A DNA stretch of 58,742 nucleotides, from contig NC_068990.1 of NCBI RefSeq assembly GCF_001194135.2, positions 85,691,493 through 85,750,234 on the forward strand, written 5' to 3'. Every line of letters begins with the position of its first letter. Positions within the stretch are counted from its first letter, which is position 1. The notes under the pieces were generated by a model, which saw only the letters and a list, made by a program, of their open reading frames with translations, ran no database searches and was not told the DNA's origin. Position numbers and translations under genes: made by a program. Below, piece by piece: positions 1-11,600 of this stretch. The DNA is from Octopus bimaculoides. Its lineage: Eukaryota.

Positions 1-449
1 ATATATACACACGCGCAGGCACACACAAACCCACACTTTAAGTTGTAGCAGTAAGTCACTCACATTTTATACAAAGGAATCGGCTTAGATGAGCAGAGTA
101 AATGCTAAAATATAAATATATAATAAAAATGAAACGTTTCGACGCTGCACCTGTACACTAGAAATAAGGGATAATCAAACATGGGGGAAAATGTTGTCAT
201 TATTTCCAGATATATGTTTGTATGTCAAAAGATAAAAGACCAGTTATCTCATAAAACTCAGAAGGGATTTTGTGGAAATGTATGAGTGACTATAAAATAA
301 TAATGAATAGAGAAAGAAATATAGAAAATATATGTAAAATGAACAGATCTATGACTAAGTAATCCATCCGCATGTGCTATTTTAAATATCAAAAGAATTG
401 CTCACTTGAATCTAATTGCCTACAAAATAAAATAAATGAAATAAAATTC

Positions 450-450
<1 letters not shown>

Positions 451-483
<33 letters not shown>

Positions 484-506
484 CATACATACATACATAC
501 ATACAT
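451..506. repeat. (GATA)n/(CATA)n compound microsatellite
   Basis: Direct reading. Representative of dozens of (CA)n, (TA)n, (GA)n, (GATA)n, (CATA)n, (TAA)n, (TAG)n, (CAT)n and (GGT)n tracts across the window. Confidence 0.95.
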
Positions 507-1160
507 ATGTACATATGCAAATATATATACATAGTATACATATACATTATATAATTTCACAACGCAACAAATATATAATATATATATGACTTACTTCAAA
601 CACGTTCAAAACGCTCAGCAACCAGTATATCTTTGTATTTCATAACATTAACAGTTGTAAAGACACTTCATTATCCTCCTTTATACGTGCTCTGAAAAGT
701 AGATAGACAGCATGTGATATAAAACGAAGCTTCATCAATAGAGCGGGTTTTCACTATGGTAAACAGAAAGCGTTGTAACTTATGTACAGCAGAGACATTC
801 GAAATATTTTGTTGTATACCGGGTGGGTCATTACAGCATTAATAAACATACGCTACTGGTTCTATTCTGCTTTTTTATTTGTCAAGTGGTTGACCATTTA
901 CCAAGTGAAAAATAATAAAGGAAGTGAAATATAGCCAGTGTATGTGTTTATTGACATAATTACCCGCCCCATATACAACAAAATGTTTCAGCACACAAGT
1001 TCACACTACGATTGCTGCAAACCAAATACAAACGAAATGTTCAAAATTATAATTTTCTGAAAAATATAAAAATCACATTAATAAACACCCTGAGCGAATT
1101 ACAGTATATCTACACAAAATATTAAGAATATATAAATATAAATGGATAAATATATAGGTG

Positions 1161-1527
1161 CAGGCGTGGGTGTGTGGTAAGAAGTTTGCTTCCCAACCAC
1201 ATGGTTCCGGGTTCAGTCCCACTTCGTGGCACCTTGGGCAAGTGGTTTCTACTATAGCTCCCAAACCAACCAAAGCTTTGTGAGTGGATTTGTTAGACGG
1301 AAACTGAAAGAATCCTGTCGTATATATATATGTGTGTGTGCGTGTGCGTGACAAGCGGCATTGGTGTATTCACGTGACCGTGACTTAGCAATACACCATA
1401 AGACATACACATAGAATAAGTTCCAAGCTTAAGAAAAAAAGAAATGTTTCGACGAAAGCTTTCAAAGCGGTGCCCCAGAATGGCCACAATCTAACGATTG
1501 AAACTAGTTTAAAGATAAAATATAAAG
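1161..1527 (+). mobile_element. SINE family A (tRNA-derived head), diverged full-length copy
   Basis: Box A-like GTGGGTGTGTGG and box B-like GGGTTCAGTCCC, then GGCACCTTGGGCAAGTG, an internal (TA)(TG) tract and the shared 3' end GCGGTGCCCCAGAATGGCC. Aligns with 6195-6532, 52726-53122 and 56043-56450. Confidence 0.85.
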
Positions 1528-1649
1528 TTTTCCCTGCCCTCCCATGNNNNNNNNNNGTTACATTTCCCGAAGTTAATTACCGATCCATTTATTCCGCTAC
1601 TCCTGACATTTACACATCAATTTTCACTATTTGTATCAACGTTAATACC

Positions 1650-1985
1650 ACAATAGCGTTGTGGTTTAGAAGTTCACCTTGAAACCATGAGGTTTCGGGT
1701 TCAGTTCCTCTGCACGGCACCATGCGCAAGTGTCTTCTACTATATTCCTTGGTTGTGTGTGTGTGTGTGTGTGGCCATGTTTGTCCTCACTCCCACACGT
1801 TTGACAACCGATGCTGGTTTGTTGATGCCCCGTAACTTAGCGGTTTCGGCAAAAGAGACCGATGGAATAAGTGCCTCATTTCAAAAAAAAAAAAAATACA
1901 TAAGTAAGTTCTGCGGTCGATCTATTCGACTAAACCCCGTTCAAAGTGGTGCCCCAGAATGGCCGTACTCCAATGACTGAAATAA
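1650..1985 (+). mobile_element. SINE family A, old internally deleted copy
   Basis: GGGTTCAGTTCC box B, CAAGTGTCTTCTACTATA, TTGACAACCGATGCTGG and CCCCGTAACTTAGCGG blocks. Confidence 0.8.
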
Positions 1986-2002
1986 ATAACACTTAAGCTG
2001 TC

Positions 2003-2222
2003 TAAGGCAACAAGCTGGCAGAATCGTTAGCACGCCGGACAAAATGCTTAGCCACATTTCGTCCGTCCATTACATTCTAGGTTCAAATTCCGCCGAATTC
2101 GACTTTATCTTTCATCCTTTAGGGGTCGATAAATTAAGTACCAGTTGCGTACTGGAGTCGATCTAATCAACTGGGCCCTCCTCAAAAATTTTAGACCTTG
2201 TGCCTAAAGTAAAAAAGAATAT
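2003..2222 (+). mobile_element. SINE family B (tRNA-derived), full length; a second head starts at 2226 and runs into the gap
   Basis: AGCTGGCAGAATCG box A-like, GGTTCAAATTCC box B-like, CATCCTTT.GGGGTCGATAAATTAAGTACCAG core and CCTTGTGCCT..AGTAAAAAAGAAT tail. Confidence 0.9.
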
Positions 2223-3136
2223 AGTAAGGTGGCGAGCTGGCAGAATCTTTAGCACGCTNNNNNNNNNNNNNNNNNNNNNNNNNNNNNNNNNNNNNNNNNN
2301 NNNNNNNNNNNNNNNNNNNNNNNNNNNNNNNNNNNNNNNNNNNNNNNNNNNNNNNNNNNNNNNNNNNNNNNNNNNNNNNNNNNNNNNNNNNNNNNNNNNN
2401 NNNNNNNNNNNNNNNNNNNNNNNNNNNNNNNNNNNNNNNNNNNNNNNNNNNNNNNNNNNNNNNNNNNNNNNNNNNNNNNNNNNNNNNNNNNNNNNNNNNN
2501 NNNNNNNNNNNNNNNNNNNNNNNNNNNNNNNNNNNNNNNNNNNNNNNNNNNNNNNNNNNNNNNNNNNNNNNNNNNNNNNNNNNNNNNNNNNNNNNNNNNN
2601 NNNNNNNNNNNNNNNNNNNNNNNNNNNNNNNNNNNNNNNNNNNNNNNNNNNNNNNNNNNNNNNNNNNNNNNNNNNNNNNNNNNNNNNNNNNNNNNNNNNN
2701 NNNNNNNNNNNNNNNNNNNNNNNNNNNNNNNNNNNNNNNNNNNNNNNNNNNNNNNNNNNNNNNNNNNNNNNNNNNNNNNNNNNNNNNNNNNNNNNNNNNN
2801 NNNNNNNNNNNNNNNNNNNNNNNNNNNNNNNNNNNNNNNNNNNNNNNNNNNNNNNNNNNNNNNNNNNNNNNNNNNNNNNNNNNNNNNNNNNNNNNNNNNN
2901 NNNNNNNNNNNNNNNNNNNNNNNNNNNNNNNNNNNNNNNNNNNNNNNNNNNNNNNNNNNNNNNNNNNNNNNNNNNNNNNNNNNNNNNNNNNNNNNNNNNN
3001 NNNNNNNNNNNNNNNNNNNNNNNNNNNNNNNNNNNNNNNNNNNNNNNNNNNNNNNNNNNNNNNNNNNNNNNNNNNNNNNNNNNNNNNNNNNNNNNNNNNN
3101 NNNNNNNNNNNNNNNNNNNNNNNNNNNNNNNNNNNN

Positions 3137-3179
<43 letters not shown>

Positions 3180-3526
3180 ATTATGTTTCAGTTTACTATT
3201 TCAAGTGTGTGTATTGATTTAACTTTAAACCTGGAAAGCTTTCGTAAACATCACCAAATGTTATGCTTACTGATTTCTCCGAATGACCGAAGTGGTGTCC
3301 CGCACTGTGCAGGCGAAATCACACCGAAACACCGGCGCCTGACAGTCTACTGGCATCATCTGGAGTACCTGTTTTTTAACACACAAAGTCTCTAAGGAGT
3401 TGTTCCCCGAGATTAAATCCTACAGTGAACTCCTTGCGTATTTATGCATGTATGTATGTATGTATGTGTGTGTGTGCATGCGCGCGTGTGTGTGTGCATG
3501 CGCGCGTGTGTGTATGTATGTGTGTA

Positions 3527-3565
<39 letters not shown>

Positions 3566-3891
3566 CTGTGTGTGAGTGTGTTTGAGCTTACAGCTTAGAA
3601 ATTCTTCTTCCTGCACTATGTTGCACCATACAGGAAGCAACCACTTCCAAAATGGCCACTTGAAGAAGTATTCGTGTGTAATTTATTTGTCTAATAATCG
3701 TTTGATTTATCATGAATAACTATCAGAGTGATATCATGCAACCCTTTGATGTCTGAATACGTTATCCGACAACATTCATTATAAGTCTTGGAAATTATAC
3801 GAGACATATACTTCGCTATTACTTATACTGAGTTACCTCTACTTATCTCATGTAATTCATACTACAGGTGTGTGTGTATGCATACATAAAT

Positions 3892-3941
<50 letters not shown>

Positions 3942-3962
3942 ACACACATATATATATATATT

Positions 3963-4468
3963 TATACATATGAGACGCGTTTTGCAAAACTAAACCATCT
4001 GCAACAGAAGAAAGAGACCAGTAACTATCTTGTCCAAGTTTGCGACCATGAAATCAATAATATAATTACGATAGCGAATGAGCTCGGGGATAGGTATAAA
4101 ATAAGAGTTGATACAGATCTCTTCCCAGGAGCATTAGTAAAATTTATTTATCAGAAGAACAAAATTTTTAAAGAAATGGACCAGTTCACTAAGTAGATAG
4201 TACATGGGTACTTGGCACAAGAAACACGAACCATAGAAGAGATTGATCATGTGAAGCGTTTGGAATAAAGAACTTTGAAGGCTCCCTCCATGCAGTTCAA
4301 GTTCAAGAGATCCCCACCACCAAGTGCCTCCAGCATAAGAGACAGAAAACGTTGTCAGGCAACAAATGTATGTTGTGCAAGACCAAGACTGAAGACATCA
4401 ATCATATTATTACCAACTGTGAGAGAATGACTTCTAGATATCATCTCCCCTTGAGGCACAGTGACTAA
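3963..4468 (+). pseudogene. Decayed R2/R4-group (RLE) non-LTR retrotransposon ORF fragment with CCHC zinc knuckle
   Basis: 4364-4465 translates KCMLCKTKTEDINHIITNCERMTSRYHLPLRHSD (C-x2-C-x8-H-x4-C then RH). Upstream FEGSLHAVQVQEIPT resembles the post-RT region of these elements. Stops and frameshifts are present. Confidence 0.75.
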
Positions 4469-4470
4469 AA

Positions 4471-4533
4471 CAGGAATTGAGTTCGTGACCATACAGTTGT
4501 AAGCTGGATACCCTAACCGCTAGGCCATGTACC
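4471..4533 (-). mobile_element. Degenerate tRNA-like SINE head
   Basis: Minus strand reads GGTACATGGCCTAGCGGTTAGGG (box A) ... GAACTCAATTCC (decayed box B). Confidence 0.45.
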
Positions 4534-4602
4534 GTCGACCTCGGCGGAATTTGAACTCAGAACGTAGCGGTGTACTAACGTTTCTGCCAGCTCGCCGCCT
4601 TA
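4534..4602 (-). mobile_element. SINE B 5' part with internal deletion
   Basis: GTCGACCTCGGCGGAATTTGAACTCAGAACGTAGCG joined to CTAACGTTTCTGCCAGCTCGCCGCCTTA. Confidence 0.85.
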
Positions 4603-4604
4603 TT

Positions 4605-4772
4605 TATACGACAAGCTTGCACACAGTTTCTGCTTACCAGATTCACTGATGAGGCATTGATTGGCCCGGGGCTATAGTAGCAGACATTTGGCCAACGTGC
4701 TGCGCAGTCGGAGTGAACCCGAAACCACGTGGTCGCAAATCGAACTTCTTAGCAAATCGAACTTCTGCGCCT
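4605..4772 (-). mobile_element. Old SINE A 5' half
   Basis: GGGGCTATAGTAG..GACA.TTG.CCAA.GTGC.GCGCAGT.GGA.TGAACC matches the reverse complement of family A. Confidence 0.7.
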
Positions 4773-4951
4773 GTGTGTGTATGTTCACGTAAACACGCAC
4801 AACTGAATAGCCGTTCACTCTACTGAGTTCATCGACCTTTCGTCATTATCTAAAAAGTAAATTTGCTCTTCAAGCAAGCGTAGTGGCGTTGCCGGTTTGG
4901 TCGCCGACTGCCCTGCAGGTCACACTCGTCGCTTATATAGTTGCCGGCAGC

Positions 4952-4991
<40 letters not shown>

Positions 4992-5239
4992 TCTCACACA
5001 CTAACATACACACACACACTCTCTCTCTCTCTCTCTCTCTGACTCTCTCTCTCGTTCACACATACACACACAGCCTCACACAGATATACACACATACTCT
5101 CTCTCTCTCACACACACACGCTAGAGCCTCACACAAACACACATACATACTCACTCTCACTCTCTCTTTCACACACAGAAACATACAGAAACATACACAT
5201 ACACACACTCTCTCTCCCTCTCTTTCCCTCTCATATACA

Positions 5240-5404
5240 CAGTACGCAACTGATACTTAATTTATCGACCCCGAAAGGATGAAAGACAAAGTCGAATTCG
5301 GCGGAATTTGAACCTAGAATGTAATGGACGGACGAAATGTGGCTAAGCATTTTGTCCGGCGTGCTAACGATTCTGCCAGCTTGTTGCCTTAGACAGCTTA
5401 AGTG
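5240..5404 (-). repeat. Inverted copy of 1990-2154 (SINE B plus its unique 5' flank)
   Basis: The reverse complement matches 1990-2154 with 3 mismatches in 165 nt, including the non-SINE flank CACTTAAGCTGTC. Confidence 0.9.
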
Positions 5405-5483
5405 GGACTGAACCAGTGGGACTGAACCCGGAACAATGTGGTTGGTAAGCAAGCTACTTACCACACAGCCACTCCTGCGCCTA
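5405..5483 (-). mobile_element. SINE A head, truncated just after box B
   Basis: GGGACTGAACCCGGAACAATGTGGTTGGTAAGCAAGCTACTTACCACACAGCCACTCCTGCGCCT, with a short duplication of GTGGGACTGAACC at the junction. Confidence 0.85.
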
Positions 5484-6124
5484 TATGTATTATGTATGGA
5501 TATATACATGTATGAATAGGTGTGTGCATATGTGGGTAAATAAGCGTGCATCTGTAAGCCTGTGTGTGGTTCTGCGTATGAGTGTGTATGCGTATGTGTA
5601 TATGTGTGTGCGCATGCGTGCCAGTGTACGTATGTTACGTGTGCTAACAGCAGAACAAGAAGCCTATAGCCGTTCTGACGCCATGAATGGTTCACACAAT
5701 AAAACATAGCCGAGAACAGAACTAGGAAGACACAATTATTTTCCATTAAAATGTTATAGATGGCCAGTGTTAACTGTTTTAGCAAACCTGAATCATTGTT
5801 TAGTTGCTTTCAGTTATATTCCGAGTGTAATTAGCCATGTTTTTATGGTCTGTTGTGTCAGGAAGTTTACATTAGACATAGAGAGGTAGCTTTGACGAAA
5901 ATAAAGAGTCGACAATAAATGGTTTGCATTATTCGGATATTTTCGCTTTGACCGTTCTATGGTTACAATTGGTAATAAATAGAGGCGATATTCTTAGAAG
6001 GACGGATAGAATGGAGATGTGACTGACTCTTATCAGCAGTAATAACAAAAAAAACGACAGTTAATAATGCTTTTAGATTTTGGCGTGAAGACAGCAGCTT
6101 CCGATCCATGTTGTCAAGTGATAC

Positions 6125-6590
6125 ATCATTTTATCGATCCCTGAAAGGATGAAAGACAGAGTTGACCTTGGCGAGATTTGAACTTAGAAAGTATAGGAGT
6201 GGCTGTGTGCTAAGTAGCTTGCTTAGAAGCCATATGGTTCCGGGTTCAGTCCCGCTGCGTGGCACCTTGAGCAAGTGTCTTCTACTATAGCCTCGGGCCG
6301 ACCAAAGCCTTGTGTGTGGATTTGGTAGACGGAAACCGAAGGAAGTCTGTCGTATATGTGTGTGTGTGTGTTTGCTCCCCCCTCCCAACATCGTAACTTG
6401 GTGGTTCGGCAAAAGAGACCGATAGAATAAGTACTAGACTTACAAAGAATAAGTCCTGGGGTCGATTTGCTCGACTTAAGGCGGTGCTCCAGCATGGCCG
6501 CAGTCAAGATGACTGAAACAAATAAAAGAGTAATGAATCGGAGGAAATGCCGCTAAGCATTTTGTCCGATGCGCTGACGATTCTGCTGTT
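6125..6590 (-). mobile_element. SINE B interrupted by a SINE A insertion
   Basis: B 3' part at 6125-6190 (TTTATCGATCCCTGAAAGGATGAAAG..GAACTTAGAA) and B 5' part at 6536-6590 (GAAATGCCGCTAAGCATTTTGTCCG..GATTCTGC) flank the A copy. Confidence 0.75.
6195..6532 (+). mobile_element. SINE family A, near full length
   Basis: Head GGAGTGGCTGTGTG..GGGTTCAGTCCC, body, internal (TG)n and AAAAGAGTA tail. Confidence 0.9.
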
Positions 6591-6786
6591 AGAAACAGCA
6601 GTCAAAAACCCTTTCAATGGACTAACAGAAGCAAAAACAAAGGGGCGAGAGAGGGGAGGGAGAGGAGGGAAAGAGAGAGGGGGAGAGGGAGAGAGAAAGA
6701 GAGAGGGAGAGAGGGAGGGAGAGAGAGAGAGGGAGAGAGAGGGACAGAGAGGGAGAGAGAGGGAGATTGGAAACTGAGTTACTAGA

Positions 6787-6905
6787 TATATTCTTGTCTA
6801 CTCTAGGCGCAAGGCCCGAAATTTTTGGGGAGGAGAGGGACCAGTCGATTAGCTTGCCCCTCCCCCAGTACGCAGCTGGTACTTAATTTATCGATCCCGA
6901 AAGGA
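6787..6905 (-). mobile_element. SINE B 3' half
   Basis: ATTCTTGTCTACTCTAGGCGCAAGGCCCGAAATTT...CAGTACGCAGCTGGTACTTAATTTATCGATCCCGAAAGGA. Confidence 0.85.
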
Positions 6906-7079
6906 GGTCATAGATCTGCTCGATCCAGGTCGACCTGGGGCTAAATGACAATAGCAACGCCTACAATATAATCAGCAGCAGCTACAACAACAACAACTAC
7001 AGTGGTAACAACCTGAGTATTATCAATAGAAACACCAACAACAACAACAATTATACTTATCAGCAACAATTATGTCAAC

Positions 7080-7436
7080 TACTACTGCCTCATCATCATT
7101 ATCATCATCGTCAGTAGTAGTGGTGGTGGTGGTGGTGGTGGTGGTGGTGTTGGTAGTGGTGGTTGNNNNNNNNNNNNNNNNNNNNNNNNNNNNNNNNNNN
7201 NNNNNNNNNNNNNNNNNNNNNNNNNNNNNNNNNNNNNNNNNNNNNNNNNNNNNNNNNNNNNNNNNNNNNNNNNNNNNNNNNNNNNNNNNNNNNNNNNNNN
7301 NNNNNNNNNNGTACTAGTAGTAGTAATAGTATTGGTGGTGGTGGTGGTGGTGGTGGTGGTGGTGGTGGGAGTAGTAGTAGTAGTAATGGTGGTGGTGGTG
7401 GTGGTGGTGGTGGTAGTAGTAGTAATGGTGGTGGTG

Positions 7437-7499
<63 letters not shown>

Positions 7500-7620
7500 G
7501 TACCACCAACATAATGACAACAGCCACCACCACCACTACCACCACCACTACCACCACCACCGCTACCGCTACCACTACTACGACCATTACAGCTATGTCG
7601 ACGCTGACAACAGCAGTTAG
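7080..7620. repeat. Compound trinucleotide microsatellite (GGT/AGT/ACC), gap-interrupted
   Basis: Direct reading. Source of the poly-G/S/T/V/P pseudo-ORFs. Confidence 0.9.
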
Positions 7621-8319
7621 AACAACGTCAAAGAATATAAAGGGCAGAACACGGCAAACAATGTGACCTTCCTGGTCGATCTGCTAAAAATGTGTCGTTA
7701 AAGTATCTGTGTTAGCCATTTTTTCTGTTTGTTTATTTCCCCCCCCCCTCTCTCTCTCTTTCCCTCACCGTTGTTTATAAATAAATAATATACAGAACAT
7801 ATCCCACTCGTAACTTATATATTGGGACCACTCCTTTTTTATTATCTGTCCACTGACAAAAAAAAAAAAAAAAGATCTCACCGATTTTGATATCTGATTA
7901 CATTATCAAGCAGTTATTCTTGTCTCATATCAAAAACATGCCACTCTTTCTCTCTCTCCTTCTAGTATTTTCGTACTTCTTACCAAACACCACGCGAAAC
8001 CAAGTACAGCTGGAGATTTCCCTAACAATGCAGCGTCAATCTCGTTTAACTATTGGTTGAACATACTTTCTTCTTCGTTCATATTTCAGCTCTTTCTTTC
8101 ACGTTTCCTAAGCCATACCCATGATGCGACATTCTCCGTTTTCTCTTTCTAATACATCAATCATTGCTTTATCTCTTATTCAGTAGGACAACAGCATATT
8201 CCCAATGTACTATACAGTCGATAGCTTGTGTTCTCAACGAACTTTCCATTCCGAACTATCCTATTAAAGCAGGAGCCGAGATAGAGTCCGTTTGTCCAAG
8301 ACCGAATTTGCTAGTCATA

Positions 8320-8665
8320 TGACTTATTCTTTGTAAGCTGAGTACTTATTCTATCGGGTTCTTTTGCTGAACCGCTAAGTTACGGGGCCGTAAACACACC
8401 AACGTCTGTTGTCAAGCGATGATGGGGAGACAAACACAGATACAAATAACAAATACATACATACATATATATATATATATAAATATATATATATTTATAC
8501 ACGACGAGCTTCTTTCAGTTTCTATCTACCACATCCACTCACAAGGCATTGGTCGGCCCGAGGCTATAGTAGAAGACACTTACCCAAGGTTCCACGCAGT
8601 GGGACTGAACCCGGGACCATGTGGTTGGGAAGCAAGCTTTTTATCACACAGCCATGCCTGTACCT
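8320..8665 (-). mobile_element. SINE family A, minus strand, 3' end missing
   Basis: Reverse complement of the head and body, including the internal (TA)n/(CATA)n tract. Confidence 0.9.
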
Positions 8666-8689
8666 ATATATATGTATGTGTATATATGT

Positions 8690-8908
8690 GTTTGTGTGTC
8701 TGTGTTTGTCCCCCAACATCGCTTGACAACCGATGCTGGTGTGTTTACGTCCCCGTAACTTAGCGGTTCGGCAAAAGAGACCGATAGAATAAGTACTAGG
8801 CTTCCACAGAATAAGTCCTGGGGTCGATTTCCTCGACTAAAGGCGGTGCTCCAGCATGGTCACAGTCAAAAGACTGAAACAAGTTAAAGAGTAAAAATGT
8901 AAAAGAGT
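8690..8908 (+). mobile_element. SINE A 3' half, inverted relative to 8320-8440
   Basis: TTTGTCCCCCAACATCGCTTGACAACCGATG...GACTGAAACAAGTTAAAGAGTAAAAATGTAAAAGAGT. Confidence 0.9.
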
Positions 8909-9035
8909 GTGTGTGTATGTGTGTGTGTGCGTGCGTGTGTGTGTGTGTATGGAGTAATGAGAGGGAATGTAATGATGCTGATTATGAATAGCAGCAACAT
9001 GAACGGAGATATATGTAAGAGGAGCGTTCTGCATG

Positions 9036-9082
<47 letters not shown>

Positions 9083-9217
9083 TAGAGTCTCACAACAGAT
9101 GCTTGTTTTCATAGCATCTTGGGTAAATGTCATTTTCTATAACCACGGGTGGATCCATACCTTATGAGTAAAACTGACTGAACAGAAACTAATTCAAATA
9201 ATACAACTTATCACACA

Positions 9218-9585
9218 ATGTCACGTTGATTCTGTCTGAGAATTACGCTAAGAAGGGCACATGCGTCTGTAGAATATTTAATTAGCTCACCTAATTGTTA
9301 TCGACTACATCTACGCAACAGCGATGACAATAATATAAACCATTATACGTAAAAACAAAAACTGCATTGTATGTAATTAGTCACGGAGTTACAAGTTCTG
9401 TCACTTGACCTGCTCGAAATAGATAAACCACCTTCAAATCACACCGCACTGTCTATAAAAAAAAAAAGACATTGTATAGTATAGTCTTACATACATTAAG
9501 TCTGGAAATATTTTGACATGGTCGCTGTTGGAACGTCTTTGATCATAGACCTGTTCGATCAAAGCTAATGGAGACTAAACGACCG
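9218..9585 (+). mobile_element. Old interspersed repeat (family E), with related pieces at 6905-6945, 27780-27920 (-), 44310-44470 and 55900-55950 (-)
   Basis: Shared blocks GAAATAG..GC.AAATCT..TCAAATCACACC.A..GTCT and GATCATAG.CTG.TCGATC between the copies. The 5' part resembles the central block of SINE C. Alignments were made by eye. Confidence 0.5.
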
Positions 9586-10539
9586 CGGTAATAATGATTG
9601 GTTCTGTTGTAAAACAAACCAGTATAACACTAGTATAACTTAGCAACTAAAACAACATAGTGAAAACATGCTGACGAATCAGCAGAGCGGGAAACGGAAT
9701 AAAACAAGATGGCAGGAAATAATAGGGGAAATAATGAACACTATTGAAGGAAAACAGCCCCACCTCGCCGCAAAAAAAAACCCAGCATAGTAAGAACATC
9801 ATAAAAACAGTATTGTAGGTTATTACTGAAAAAAAGAAAAGAGGCGAGAATATAACCAAAAACAGCGTAGTTAGAATACAACAAGAATTATAGCAGTATA
9901 AGGAGAAATTACCACAAAGAATTGCATGGAGGTGTATAGCGATGGAAGAGTATACAGTATGGATGGAACATAGGAACAGCGATAACAACTGAAGTAATTT
10001 AATATCAAGACTAAAATATATGCAGTAGAGCAGAAAGGAGATGATGACAGTTTAGAAAGAAGACAAGAAAACGTAAATAATTTAACATAGGAAGAACATC
10101 ATACAACTGAAGAACGTAACAACGAAAGAGCGTAAAGATATAGTAGCAACTCGACAATTTAGTTACTGGAGACAGACGGAGATGATGTATTACAAGATCT
10201 ACTGAAATGATGTGTAAAAAAAAAACGTGTTTCTTCACTGGCTGAAATGTCAACGAGTGTGAGAGAAAGTTATTGTTTAGTAAAGAGATTGTTTGCGAAA
10301 ACAAAGTTCGTAGTTTTGTTTATATTTTCATTCATTTTATCAAATATCTAACTTTATGTGCGGAATACTCATGTATTGAGATTATGAGTTTGTGTGTGTG
10401 TGTGTGTCTCACAGATACAGTAATATTCTTATTGTCTATCTACTTATCTGTCTATCTACTTATCTCTCTATCCCCTCTCTCTCCCTCTTTCTTTCTTTTT
10501 AGCTCTTTCTCCCCCTCTAATTGAGACACGTTTGTTCTT

Positions 10540-10680
10540 TCCTCCATTACCTTCTCTCTTCCTCTTTTCTTTCTGTAGAAGAGCGCATGCACGAAACATA
10601 AAAGTATTTTCCTTCTATTTTCCCTGAGCGTAAACCTAATACACTCGGCTTGTTACCTCGTCTTTGAGTTTTCTTTACCA
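10540..10680 (+). mobile_element. Penelope-type non-coding repeat (family P1) with decayed hammerhead motif
   Basis: Aligns to the reverse complement of 44690-44815. 10569-10604 reads CTTT-CTGTAGA-A-GAGC-GCAT-GCAC-GAAA-CAT-A-AAAG. Confidence 0.6.
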
Positions 10681-10725
10681 NNNNNNNNNNNNNNNNNNNN
10701 NNNNNNNNNNNNNNNNNNNNNNNNN

Positions 10726-10778
<53 letters not shown>

Positions 10779-10859
10779 TACACAAATATACACATGCATA
10801 CTCATGCCTACGAGTGTAGCAAAAATGTTACAAAAATGAATTAATACTAACAGGCACTG

Positions 10860-11600
10860 ACTGGATTTCTTGAATGTACCAGAAGAGACATGGAACAATA
10901 GTATTGTGTCATCCAGACTGTCAGTAGTTGCGAAGGTTTGCGAAGGTTTGCGAAGGGCAAATTGTCTGCTTTGGATAGTCTTCGCTTTAACCGACGTTTC
11001 GGTAAATGTATCTGGCACAAGTGACACAACTTCTTGGCTGGTGTATTTTTGTTTGCATCTTTCTTCAGTACTACAGAGGAAGGATGTGAATAAAGTAGAC
11101 AGAATTAATCAATTTAGGCCCATAAATCTGTTGGATGCAGTCCATTGTGAAGATCTCTTAACTGCTTTCCTCTGGCTGGGAAATTAAAAGAGCTGACGAT
11201 AGATACTTGCCTTTTCAGCCAAGCCTTCATCGAGTTTTTCATGCGTCACATAGAGAAAAAAGAAAAGGTGGTGAGGAAGACTCCGCCCTTCAGTACATTT
11301 GTTGAAAGCGAAGGTAACATGGTAAGCATGACCTGAGGGGAAAAGACCTATTTACAACCTGCTCTAATACACGTGCCTGTAACCTGTGGAATATATCTGA
11401 GGGCACTTGCTTTGATAGTCAATAACCATGGATCTGGTGAATTCCCTGATAGGCTCTATGTGGCTGTCCGCCTTTCAGGGTCCTTTTCTTTGTTGATATA
11501 TCATCATATGTTGTTACTGTATTTCTCACTTTGATGTAAACTCCTAATGTTTTAAACCATACCCTTGTACTTTCTTCGACGTCACCAATAAAATTAACGA
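10860..11600 (+). pseudogene. Decayed LINE, probably L1/Tx1-like, internally deleted
   Basis: KDVNKVDRINQFRPINLLD resembles the RT-proximal NYRPISLL motif. A second open stretch (KLKELTIDTCLFSQAFIEFFMRHIEKK) follows, then a 3' UTR ending AATAAA near 11588. The clade is an inference. Confidence 0.45.

Noticed and set aside
3265-3345. Hammerhead-like GGTGT..ACACC-GAAAC motif
   Set aside because: The core would be CCGAAGT, and stems I and III do not pair, which is too many exceptions.
4646-4652. CTGATGA motif, also at 56733-56739
   Set aside because: The first is a mutated position within a SINE A body. Neither has a paired stem II followed by GAAA.
7072-7666. Poly-G/S/T/V/P ORFs, and likewise poly-N/D at 33664-34341, poly-T at 17722 and poly-Q at 13374
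   Set aside because: They are translations of trinucleotide microsatellites open in several frames, with no splice sites or domains.
9650-10250. Strand-biased A-rich stretch resembling decayed LINE coding sequence; similarly ASWVWLRK near 8100-8150 (minus)
   Set aside because: No motif is strong enough to assign. tBLASTx against Repbase would be needed.
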